64,000 bases of DNA, from NCBI RefSeq assembly GCF_036321535.1, contig NC_087438.1:7814001-7878000 (forward strand), in the 5' to 3' direction. A program made the translations under genes and the position numbers. A model generated the notes under the pieces. It was given only the letters and a program-made list of their open reading frames with translations. It was not told the origin of the DNA and made no database searches. This stretch comes from Camelus dromedarius. Lineage: Eukaryota. Below, piece after piece: positions 52,915 through 64,000 of this stretch. The stretch's first letter is position 1. Each line of letters begins with the position of its first letter.

Positions 52915-53214
52915 ACAGGGCAGGGGGCATCGTGGCCCCCACACTAAAAGTGATACATTTAAACCAATCACCACAGGCTTTTACTTGGCACCCTTTGAAA
53001 ATCTGGAAACAACACTAAATTGTGAGGGGAAATCTAAGTAAAATACAAATGTGAATTCCCTTAATTTCTTGACCCTGTGGCCACCTACCCAGAAACCAGT
53101 GAAATTAATCTGATCTTTAACATGGGGATGGGAAATCCTACCAATCATGCTCAGGCCTTTCTCCCATGAAGCAGACTTGCTTTTGCTTTAGCTGGAAGCA
53201 CCACATTTTAAAGA

Positions 53215-53415
53215 GATCTTTCTGTCCATGAACAACTAAATCAGAAGTCAGAGAGTAAATATTTTAGGTCTGGGGGCCACATGGGGTCTTTGTTGTTTCT
53301 TTTCCTTCTTCTTTTTACAACCTTTTAAAAATGTAAAATTCATTCTTATCTGCAGTCAGAGAAAAACAGCTCACTGGTGGGATTTGGCCCATGGGCCACA
53401 GTTTGCCAACCCCTG
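53215..53415 (+). mobile_element. MER58-like hAT-Charlie element
   Basis: agtaaatattttaggt...ggatttggccccatgggccacagtttgccaacccctg. Confidence 0.7.
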
Positions 53416-53849
53416 ACCTAGATTCTCATCTAAAGTCCAGTTAGAGGGTTCAGGAGGGGTCTCTAAACCCTTGATATTTTGCTCAAAGTTGAGTATATTT
53501 CTGTGTGGAACCATTGTAGGAAGAAAAGGTAACAGAGGTAAGTCAATTCAAACCAACAAAACAACCCACCTTGACTGGGCACCTGCTGTGCTCCACACTC
53601 TATGCCAAGACTTGGGATAAAGAGAAAAACACCTGGCCCTTGACCCAGGGAGCTCAGAGTCCAAGAAGGTAAGCAGGCACACATTTAATGTGCCTGAATC
53701 TGATATCATCACAAAACTAGCAGCAGGAAGAATCAGGGAAACAATCTCCCTTGGAAGTGAGGTCCAGGCACTTCCAGTCATATCTGGGTGTTCCTAGAAG
53801 CAAATACAGGATGAAATGGATGGACGTTTTACTGCTCACCTTCACTGAC

Positions 53850-54790
53850 GCTGTAATTAAAACCTTTGCTTAATTATAGATTAAAATTAAAGATTAAAAT
53901 CTTTGCTTAAATTATGATTCTGTAAACTTGGACATCGATTGTTTTCCTTAACATTTGCAGCAGCAAGTCACAGGTGTGACTTAAGAAGTAAGACCACAGA
54001 GTACAATATATATGTTCTTAGCAAGAAGGCAATTTGTGGAAATTTAACAGAAAGCACCTTCAAATTTGAAAGGTGCACATTGGCTTACGGGCAGTTTTAG
54101 GTCCCATGACAGTTCCTAGCTGACCATAAAAGGTCAAAAGGGGGGCAAGGCCCAATTCCTGGAAATTCTTGCCCCTTCCTCAAAATAGTTGCAATAATCT
54201 TCCTACTCATTAGCATATGAAATTGCAGAGCCCATAAAAACTAACAACCCCACGTCTCAAGGTCACTCTCTCTCTTGCCTTCTGAGATGGCCTGTACTCT
54301 GTCTATGGAGTTTGTATCTACTTTTACTTTAAACATAACCCCCCACACCTCTCAGCCTCTCTCCCTCTTGCATTCTGAGATGATCCGAATTCTGCATATG
54401 GAGTGTGTATCTCCTAAGCTGTTTTCTCTTCTGAGTGAGATGAATCACACTCTGTCTGTGGAGTGTGCATCTCCCTGAATAAACTTACTTTCACTTTACT
54501 GTGCCTCACTCTTAAATTCTTTCCTGCGTGAGACAAGAACTTACTCTCTGCCAACATCTTTGGTGAGTCAGCCAGGAGGACTTGGTAAGGACTTGGCCTC
54601 TCCCCTCCCTTGCATTTGACAGGCCAGTCTCCCCCCCCCCCCCCTGCCTTGTCTCCTTTCTGCATCTCTATCTCACTCTTACTTTTGCAGTTTTGGAATT
54701 TTGAGCTGAAGAGATTTAGGACTTTGACTTGAAACCTAGGGATGGGATGAAAATAGGAGTACATGGAGACCTTAGCGGGGACCAGAGGGC
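53850..54790 (+). mobile_element. MER41-like ERV1 5' LTR (ends 54556; start approximate) plus start of the internal region
   Basis: ttcctggaa..gccccttcc..aataatc..ttagcatat..ccataaaaa..ctctgtctatggagt..aataaacttactttcactttact..aattctttcctgcgtgag are MER41-family hallmarks; followed by tttggtgagtcagccaggag, typical of the start of MER4-group internal sequence. Confidence 0.72.
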
Positions 54791-54794
54791 AGAC

Positions 54795-55360
54795 TGCGGT
54801 AGGCCAAATAATGGCCCCCACAGATGTCCATGTGCTAATCCCAGGAAACTGTAAATAGGTTGTCTAACATGAGAAGAGGGACTTTGCAGATGGAATTAAG
54901 GTAATGGGCTTTAAAATAAGGAGACTGTCCTGGATGATCCCTGTGGTCTCAATTTAATTACATGATCCTTAATAGCAGAGAACATGCTTTGGCTGCAGTC
55001 AGAGAGAAGCAGCAGAAGGGAAGTCAGAGAGATTCCAACATGAAGATTCAAGTTCCCATTGCTGGTTCTGACCCACAGAGGATGACATGCAAAGATGAGA
55101 GAGAGGCTGATGGCTCTCAGCTGACAGTCAGCAAGGAAACAGAGACCTCAGTCCCACCACCACAAGGAACTGGATTTGGGTCACAATCTGAAGGAGATTG
55201 GAAGCAGATTCTACCAAGAGCCATTAGTAACACTTTGATTTTAAGTTGGTGAGACTCACGTCAGAATTCTAACCCACAGAAACTGTAGAATAAATGTGTG
55301 TTGTTCTAAGTCACTAAGTTTGCAGTCATTTGTTATAGCAGCCATAGGAAACTAATACCC
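54795..55360 (+). mobile_element. MaLR solo LTR (MLT1D/E-like)
   Basis: aataatggcccccacagatgtccatgtgctaatccc..gggactttgcagatggaattaagg...tttgttatagcagccataggaaactaatac. Confidence 0.85.
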
Positions 55361-56189
55361 ACGTTTTAGCTTGTTTTACTGAAGGGTAAATGGAATTCTT
55401 CTCAACACCATCCCTCAATGTTTCACATCCCACTTTTTCCCTGGAAAACTGTTCGTGTGCAGTGGGCTCATGCAAGTTTTCAGAAGATATTTCCAGATGA
55501 TCAAATAACTGTATTGATTTGATCAAGACCAAAATACCCCATATATAAGAAAATAAAAATTCTTCCTAGGGGTGTGTATGTTGGGGGTTGGGGTGAGGTG
55601 GCATCCTCAACTATGCAAGGCCAGACGGTGTTCTATGTAACTCAGAGCACACGAAGGCCTCCTGCACAAGAAACACTGATGTGACGTGGTGATGCACATT
55701 TGAAGGCAAAAATATGCTGCTTTAATTTACTTCTACTCATCTCTGATCTGACTGACCACAAGAGTGCCACCAGGTAAGCGGGCATCAGCTTGGTCCAGGA
55801 TGCTCTCCTGATTGATTGACAGCCTTCACTTCTGCCAAGTCCTCTTTCTGGAAGTGCAGAAAGTCCAGTGGTTAGTACCCTACACTGTGCGGGAAATAAG
55901 TGGACTGGGTTGTAAGGGAGAGAAATGAGGCAGCCTCTGAGCTCTGCTTGAGTGAAGTCTACAGTGCAACCTCATTACTTTAAGTGAATTCTCAGAATAT
56001 CATCTGAAACGCCAACCATGAGTACCAAACGGGTACGGAACAGCATTAGGACCAGCCCTGCCTCCATAAACTTTTACTGGAAGGTTGAGTTTACTCCAAA
56101 TGCTCTTGATTTTTCTCTCTACATGTGTGTTTTTAAAGCTGGTACTTCATCATAGCCGAGTCAAAAAAAATTCGAGAGTCATAAATTTC

Positions 56190-56282
56190 CCTTTCCCTCC
56201 CTCCCATCCCTCCTTCCTTCCTGTCTTTCTCTCTCTCTCTCTGTCTCTCCCTCCCTCCCTCTCTCTCTCTTTTTCTTTTTTT
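56190..56282. repeat. CT-rich low-complexity tract
   Basis: Read directly. Confidence 0.85.
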
Positions 56283-58510
56283 GGATTAGCACAGTCTTGC
56301 AGTTCGGATTCCTGCTATGTACCTTACTGTCTTCTCCCAAGGGAGGCAATTTCTTTATAAATCAGGACAGTGATGGCTTGGTAATTGCTTTGCTGAGCTG
56401 TAGAGACAGCACGCTTCAGTGACTTAAAGACCAACTGCCCGTCGGGGAGGCTGTGAACACTGCTGTCCTCAGAGTGGAATTCCCTCCGTTGACACCTCCA
56501 CCCCTACTCATAAATGGAAACCAGGAGAGAGAAATGGAGGAGCTCCTCTGAGGTTGACTATTCAACTCTGCACCTTTCTAGGACCGCCCAGACGTGTGCC
56601 TTCTGGAGTTAGTCATGCATCACGCACGCTGTTCCAGAGATGCCCAGAGCAGAACCAGAAACACCTGAGTTAAAAGACACCCTATCGCTGTCAAGTACTA
56701 CCTAGGGTCTCAGCTGCACGATTCCAATTAAAATTGATGGACGCCACAGAGTTAAGTGCTCTATGAAATGTCTGCTGTAAGTTTCCCATTGGGCTAAATT
56801 GCAAGGAAGTCACAGGGAAAAAAGCGTGAACGCCGCATGGCTAAAACCGTTAACTGTGAACCTAATTGTGCCTGTGGTTCTTTGTGCTCTGAAAACACCC
56901 ACAATTGTTTCCTGGCTTGGAGCACTGGAGACACGGGCTCTGCTCACTGTGACTTGAGACTTCAGTTACCTGACCACATCGTGCGCTTGGAGCAGTGCCA
57001 CGTGGCCCACTCCCCTGGCCCATCGATGCCCACCTCCCCTGAATTCCACTAACTCGTGACATATTTCCCTGGCACGTTTGTGGTGGGCTCTTACTTCTAC
57101 TGTGCCAACAGTATCAGGGTGCATCTCACCTTGGAAGCCCCCACATCCGACCCTGGTCCTGGCACCTCAGTTTCCCATCAAGTCTATGTGCCACCACCTC
57201 TGAAGCGAGCACTTCCACAGAACAGAGCTATCTGCTAGCCGTGTCCCCATCACAAATACAACAACAAAAACAAAATGCCTTGGGCCAAAAGCCAATTAGG
57301 TTCAAATAGGAATAAAACCCAGTGTTTTCTTCCTTTCCTGCTAAACTGAATGATTTCTCATCTACCAGACATGATTTAACGTCAATCACAAAACCTGGGC
57401 TTTGAAATACATATAATAAATTGATATGCTAGGAAACAGAGAAAGAGAAATGCATATTCACTTCACCAAGCAGGCAGCTTCCCGGAAAGAGAGCATGGTG
57501 GCTAAATGAACAACGAGCAAGGCCGAGGCCATCCAGTTCCGTGTATTTTGGGTCCTCTGTCTTCTAAGAAGGCGGAGAACAAAGCTGACTAATAAAGGAT
57601 TATAGGTAATTGGCTACTTGCCTTTTAAATGTCAGACTGTGGGTTTGAAAAAACTTTCAAGATTTGGCATTATGTTCTGGATTACTAATAGCTATTATGA
57701 AAACAACCTTCCTAACTTTCATTTCAATTCATCACCTGATTCCCCATACGCAGTCATGTCATCTTTCAATTTATTTACTCGCAGGAAATTTTAACAAATT
57801 GTACTTCAAAGAGTTATTAAAGCTGGGGAATCCACATGATTTTTAAAAGCTCACTCATCTAGATGAAACATTTTCCTTGAGGTCCATTTCTTACTTTCAT
57901 AATGGCTTTGATCACTCACTGATACCATATTGAGGACCAATAACAACAATAAAAAAAAAAAAAACAACTGCAAGTCTCGCGTTTACTCTTGTGTCTTTAT
58001 CCCTTCCCTCTACTCCTCCCCTACTGTCCTCTGCACAGTTCCCCAGCGCCTCCCAAATATGGTTTTGTTCTGTGATTTACTGTCAGCCTGCTGCCATCAG
58101 CACCTCCCCAAGCTGACTGCTCGTGGTCCTCGCCCAGCATGGGAGGGCAAGTGATTATAAGAGGGAGCCACCAGATACAGGAGGAGAAAGAAATCCCCTG
58201 TAACTCTGCTGCTCCAGGCCAGATGCCTGGTGGTAACTATCCCTTTCTGCTTTTTAAAAGTCTTCTTGGTTTTCTTACATTACCTCCTGGGAAAACATCT
58301 CCTTAAATTTGTGGCCAAATCACTAATAAAAATAGTCCCTGGATCAAAATAACTAAAGTATCAAAAGGGAAGGAGGTGATTAACTTTTTTTCCTTTAATC
58401 TCTTAAAATGTACCCATCTCTCCTAATTGCTATTTCATGAATTTAGGCATCTTGACGACTCACTTAGTAATCTTTTATTTGGACCAAAGAACATGATAAA
58501 TGATGGAAAA

Positions 58511-58751
58511 TGCAGGGAAAATGGGGTGCGGGGGAGGGATAAGTTAGGAGTTTGAGACTAGCAGATACAAACAACCATAAACAGAATAAACAACAAGGTC
58601 CTACTGTAGCACAGGGACTATATTCAATAATTTGTAATAACCTACAATAGAAAAGAATATGAAAAAGAACACACATATGTATAATTGAATTACTATGCTG
58701 TACACTAGAAACTAACACAACATTATAAATCAACTATACTTCAGTTAAAAA
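58511..58751 (+). mobile_element. L1 3'UTR fragment with 13-bp TSD
   Basis: aacaacaaggtcctactgtagcacaggg...atcaactatacttcagttaaaa; TSD aaatgatggaaaa at 58498-58510 and 58752-58764. Confidence 0.88.
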
Positions 58752-59310
58752 AAATGATGGAAAAATCCAGACTCCAGTTAATTTGGCCAGAGATGATTCT
58801 ACAGTTTTAGCTAAGTGAAACAAACAAAGCCAATCTTGGCCAAAAAAAATGAATTAAAACTACAGAAGGTGTCTCTGGACCGCTGTCTTTTCTTCCTGTT
58901 TTAGAATGGAAATATCTATTTGTGTTCCATCTGTAGGGGTGGCAGATGCCAGGAAGGAGGAGAAATTCTAAGAATATATATATATCCTTTGTATAAGAAA
59001 AACATAGAGAACTCAGTAAAACTAAGATCATTGGGCCTTTCAATTTTTTTCTGAAAATATCTTTCATCTCTGGAAGAAATTTCTGAAATACTTACTAAAA
59101 AAAGTAGGAACCAGCCTCTTAAAGAGGAAAGCCACTGTGATCTTTCAAGTTTATGCATTAGTCTTGATTGCAGTTTAGTAATAATGTTGGAAAAATCAGT
59201 ATCAGAACAGGCCAAAGAAATTTACATTTTAAATTCAAGGCTGCTATAGTACCTGTATAGTTTAATTGTTTGCCTCCATTCTTGTTTTGAGTGGACTTTT
59301 TCTTTATGGT

Positions 59311-59916
59311 TGCGGTAGGGCATATTCTAAAGATGTGTCTTCAAGATTGCTGCCCCCTGGTTGTTCAATCAAACACTAATCTATGTACTCCTGTGAAGGA
59401 GCTTTGCAGATGAAATTAAGGTCACTAATCAGCTGACTATAAGACCAGGACATGATCCTGAATTATCCTCCTGGGCTCAGTGTCATCACATGAGCCCTTA
59501 AAAGCAGAAGAGGGAGGCAGACGAGTCAGTCCAAGAGATGCAGCTGAAGAGAGGGTAGCAGAGATGAGGAAAGATGAGGAAAGAGAGCCTCACATTGCTG
59601 GCTCTGCAGATGGAGGAAGGGGACCACCAACCAGGGCAGGCGGTGGCCTCTGGAAGCTGAGAACACCTCCCAGCCCACAGCCAGCAACAAAACAAGGCCC
59701 TCAGTCTATAAATACAAGGGACTGAATTTGGCCACCAAGAAAGACCCAGGAAGCAAGCTCTCCCCAGAGCTTCCTGAGAAAAGCCCACTGGCAGACGCTT
59801 GAGGAACCAGCCAAACGCCCTGCACTGCTGATGGACACCACTCTGAGACAGTAAGTTTGTGTTGTTCTAACCCATGAGGTTTGTGATAATTTGTGATGGC
59901 AGTGATGGATGAAACA
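59311..59916 (+). mobile_element. MaLR solo LTR (MLT1E-like)
   Basis: ttcaatcaaacactaatcta..ctgtgaagg..ttgcagatgaaattaaggtc...gtttgtgataatttgtgatggcag. Confidence 0.8.
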
Positions 59917-61639
59917 CTCCATTTCCACATCCACGGAAGAAAAAAATCTCATCATGATATTATTCATAAACGTTCATTTTAATATTTCTGCTAAAGTGTT
60001 TTAATACTTTGAGACAAACATTTTGCATCTTCCAATGGAGCCATTTTAGATGCTCTGAATAACAAGATGTCATCGTCAGGATTTCAGATGCCTCTTGTCG
60101 CAGAAGTGGTAAGCTGACTGCATCTCTCACCAGCCCCAGGTAACCTAAATGTGACTTTTCTCGGTTTACTGCCACCAGATGGCTTGCCCTCAACATGAGA
60201 ACAGGATAATGGCACCACTGGGTGCACAATTTCCTTTTACTGCTTTAGTGGCAAAGGGAGAGATGCTTCAAAAATCCAAGAATTATAATGCTGCAGAGAA
60301 AGGTCACACAGCAAAGACAGTTTGAGGAGCCACAGAGTCTCATTAAAAACAGCTCACAAGCTGGCCATGAATAGGCTGGTTTCACTGTCTTTCCTCGTCA
60401 CACCAAATAAGCAGACAGCTGCTCACCTGTTAGGGTACTTGTGTCATTCTTCCAATATAGAGAAGTGTTAAGGTTTTATTTAAAAATCGCACACTTAACC
60501 AGCTCAGTGTATTCTTAACTACCCTGAGAATAACTAAAAAACAAAAGGCAAGACTTGTGCCCTCCGCCACCAGCCCAGGGCACACGTGTCTAGCTTTTCT
60601 GCTCTCTGTAAACGATAACTGGTTCTCAGAATTGCAGCACAAGACACACAAAGCGACTTCACGCGGAAAATGTCCAGGCAAAAAGGCACCACAGAAATAA
60701 TCTAGGAAAGGTAATTTGGAGACTCAAGGTTTTTCTAACACTCATTTTATTACAATTCCCCTTATTATTCATCCTTTTATATGTGCTAACATGGGAAGCT
60801 TTTCATCTGTTAATCAATCAAGGAAAAAAGTTACAGAAATGACAGAGTAGAATGATTGCATTTTTGTGCAAAAGAGAAGCAGGGAGAGGATCCTCACATA
60901 TTACACAAATTGACCGGCTATTGGACCAGTAGACCCAGTGGCTGAATCCAATATTTCCCTAAAAAATTCCCCTAGAAACACAATGTACTACTTTACTTTT
61001 AATCACAAATATTCACCATTGAATATTTTTATAGAACATGCCAAAAATCAAGTATATAGTTTATTCCAGTGCCAAAGAAATTTAAAATTGCTTCAAGTGT
61101 AAAGCAATAGTTCCTACTTGTTTTTTACCCACATGGACGCACCTCAAAGATAGGTGCTCAAGACTGACACCGTCCCGTCGGCACTGGCCACTGGTGGTGG
61201 GCTGTGGGTTACGAGCAGTTACCAGCCAGCCAGCCAGAGCCTCACTCCTGCTCTCCCTCTGGTCTGCATCCCAGTGTGTGGGCGGAGACATTTATCTCTA
61301 AGTTAGTGTTGAGTATCTTTTTTGTTTGGTTTTAATTCTGAATTTCCCTCACTGTGGAGCCCCTGAATTATATTGGGATGGACAGAACAAGGAGAATGAG
61401 GCTGACAAGGAGCCTTTACAAAGTATCTTTGTGGTCACAGAGATTGAGAGAGGTGAATGAGGAGGAAATCTAAAAAGCAGAGATAAAAATGCAATGGACA
61501 AAAAGAAAAGCAGCGCTTACTGGAACCTGTTTGGGGGCTTCCTTGAAGGTTATTTTGTTGTGCATCATCAATCAGTTTAATTTGCTGGATAAATATGGCA
61601 CCACTCACTCTTGAATCCTGTCTTAACCACACACACATC

Positions 61640-62070
61640 TGCAATGGCACATCTGTCACCTCCATGTTCAAGCATCTCTAGAATCCTCCTCCAATTTCAC
61701 TGCCAGGTGCATAACACCAGCAACTCGTGTCTCTTAACTGGTCTCTCTGCCTCTGCCCTCATTCTCCCACCCCTCATGGAAGCTTCAGTGAGTCTTCTAA
61801 GATGTACATGGGAGCACGAGTCCTGTACCCCAAGACTCTCCTTTGTACTCAGAGTCAAACTCAAAGTCCTGCCCGTGGCACGTGCCGGGACGCCCTTCTT
61901 CCTTTGTCACTTGGCTGACTCCTACTCATCTTTCTTGCCTTTTTCGCAGGAAGGCTTCCCTGTTCCCCTGACCAGGTGAGACCCCTTTGCTCTACGCTCA
62001 TTCCTCATACCCTTTCATGATCCTCACCCCACTTCTATCACTTGCTTATTAACCCCCGCATCCAGTCCTC
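61640..62070 (+). mobile_element. L2 fragment
   Basis: cttaactggtctctctgcctc...actcagagtcaaactcaaagtcct...gctgactcctactcatc. Confidence 0.6.
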
Positions 62071-62779
62071 CGACACTCTGATCACAGAACATCATGCTAC
62101 TGGGGAAGAAGAGGTAGAGCCTGGGCAGCCGGCCCTCAGGAAGGCAAGCCGCGGGAAGGATGGGTTAGCCGTGCGAGCTGACGAAGTCAAGACCAGCTCT
62201 GATGAGGGTCAGGAGAAACCAGACAGCCGCCCCCGGCCCCCTGTATCTGTACTGAGAAGCAGAGGCTGTCAGCAGGCTGCCCTCGACGGTCCCACATCTC
62301 CACCCAGGGCGGAATGTGCTCTGTGGCTAAATATGCACGACTGCTTGACGGCTTGTGATTCATTTCCTTGCTTGACAAACAGACAAGAACTTTCTAGCAT
62401 GGGAAGGAAACAGAGGACTAAGCGACAGTAATACTAATGCACTGTAGCCACAGAAAAGACATAAATTTGGAAGCCAGCACTAAGACAGCTTCCTCCGCCA
62501 GTTCCTTCTCCAGCCCTAGTCCATAGAGAGTTCAGAGACAGACCAGGCGACGTTCTTATCTCAAGTACATGAAAGGAATTTCAGGCAAGAGACTGCAGCT
62601 GAAGGGAGTGGAGATTCTTGGGGAGCCAGGGAAAAGGATGCTCACAGGGGGAGAACACACCAGGAATACTGCCACACCCATCTGTTAGCAGGTCCTGGTT
62701 TGTGTGATATAATGTTGGTGAATATTGGCATTGCTTTGTAAAGATAGCAAGTGTTTTATGCTCCGAAAGTCAGCCTGGA

Positions 62780-62960
62780 GGAACAGAAAAGCTTTGGTGT
62801 CAAATTTCAACTTGGATATGATCTGCCCTGCCTTGGGTAACACATTCAAACCTTCGGTTTCTCCACCTGCAAAGTGGGCTTGTGTTTTGAGAGGATTAGA
62901 TGAGGCAAAGTCTGTGAAGTACCTGGAGCCAGAGGGGACCCAATGCTTAGCCCCCAACTC
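62780..62960 (+). mobile_element. MIR
   Basis: ccttgggtaacacattcaaaccttcggtttctccacctgcaaagtggg..tgagaggattagatgag. Confidence 0.6.
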
Positions 62961-63098
62961 TCCCTTGATCATTCCCAGTAACTTCCAAGACTTTCATTAC
63001 AATTGCATGATGGCTGCAGTCCACAGTCAGCAGCCATCAGTTAAAGTGAGTTTCCTGTGGGCCAGGCCCTAGTGCCAAGCTATTGATGTATATGACGG

Positions 63099-63434
63099 CA
63101 GGGCCCACACAAAGGCAAAGTGAGTGAGGTCTTCATTCAGTGCAAAATTTAAGCGGATATCAAAAAAAATTCACTAATCATCAGAAATATTACATATTTT
63201 TAAATTGTGGTAAAATAGAAATAATAAAATTTATCATTGTAACCAGTTTGGGGGGTACAGTTCAGAAGCATTAAGTGCCTTCACACTGTCTACTAGACAC
63301 TATTTTAATGCAAAATTTTTTCATCAAAATTAATGAAAACAATCCATGATGAAAGAAATATCACAACTTTAAATGAAGATGGGGTCCAATCCTGCACAGC
63401 TCAGTCTTACCCTCCCCTGCCTCATCTTAGCCCT
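63099..63434. mobile_element. MER96B-like hAT element interrupted by an antisense L1 3' end (about 63195-63290)
   Basis: cagggcc...tgcaaaatttaag...aatccatgatgaa...gccctg termini; insert tttttaaattgtggtaaaata..aaaatttatcattgtaacca. Confidence 0.6.
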
Positions 63435-63439
63435 GATCG

Positions 63440-63580
63440 GCACCACCACCACCACGGCCATTTACAGACGGAGAGACTGAGGCTCAGAGAGGCTGCTTCG
63501 GTTGCCCAAGATCACACAGCTAGTGGGTTTCCAGTGAGATCTGGACTCGAATGCCAGCTCCTCTCGGTTTGGACCCTAAA
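63440..63580 (-). mobile_element. MIR
   Basis: catttacagacggagagactgaggctcagagagg..ttgcccaagatcacacagctagt. Confidence 0.75.
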
Positions 63581-63864
63581 CTTAGAATGACATCCCATAA
63601 GAACATCACACCTATCTCAAAGGCTGTGCATCTGAAGCTTCCAGCGCATAGCCTGGACACAGTCGGGGCTCAGCAAACAGAGCCAGGGCCATTGCAGTTC
63701 CACGGGTCCCTCTGCCAGCTCTGCAATCCCCTCCCCTCTGCCTCACCTCTGCCCCTAGTCCATCCTCCTCCTGTGGGCACAGCTGAATCTCAGCTGCACA
63801 GGGAACACTGTGTCTCTAACCACTTTCTGCTTCCAGGGCTCCCCGTGGGCTGTACAAACAAATA

Positions 63865-64000
63865 TGAGCCCACCATGAAAAGGAATGAAGCACTCATGCG
63901 CGGTGCCACATGGATGACCCTTGAAAACATCACGCTAAGGGAAAGAAACCAGACACAAAAGGCCATATGTATTGTGATTCCATTTAAATAAAATACCCAG
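63865..64000 (+). mobile_element. L1MB/MC-like ORF2 end / 3'UTR, runs off window
   Basis: aaaaggaatgaagcact...acatggatgacccttgaaaacatcacgctaagggaaagaaaccagacacaaaagg. Confidence 0.75.

Overview
Mammalian genomic DNA lying entirely inside the delta-catenin gene CTNND2, transcribed on the minus strand. It contains four armadillo-domain coding exons (118, 186, 174 and 151 nt, matching human exons 13-16 as I recall them) with intact GT-AG sites and continuous frame, plus a 75-nt in-frame cassette exon (GWAEDVAGMAYALRSLPEGAPCLPQ) between the last two. The rest is intronic and holds L1, L2, MIR, MaLR/ERV LTRs and hAT DNA-transposon relics. Cetartiodactyl-type L1 3' ends with no recognisable lineage-specific SINEs point to a camelid (inference). 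I found no convincing new multi-gene system. The most interesting signals are: (1) the cassette exon with an upstream hairpin and a downstream G-quadruplex; (2) an L1 whose target-site duplication copied the exon-13 branch point; (3) a strong AT->GC shift, consistent with GC-biased gene conversion, around exon 14; (4) an in-frame upstream acceptor for exon 15; (5) a MER41-like LTR cluster retaining STAT/GAS motifs. Repeat subfamily names and most repeat boundaries come from visual recognition and are approximate. Exon boundaries and the quoted TSDs were read base by base.
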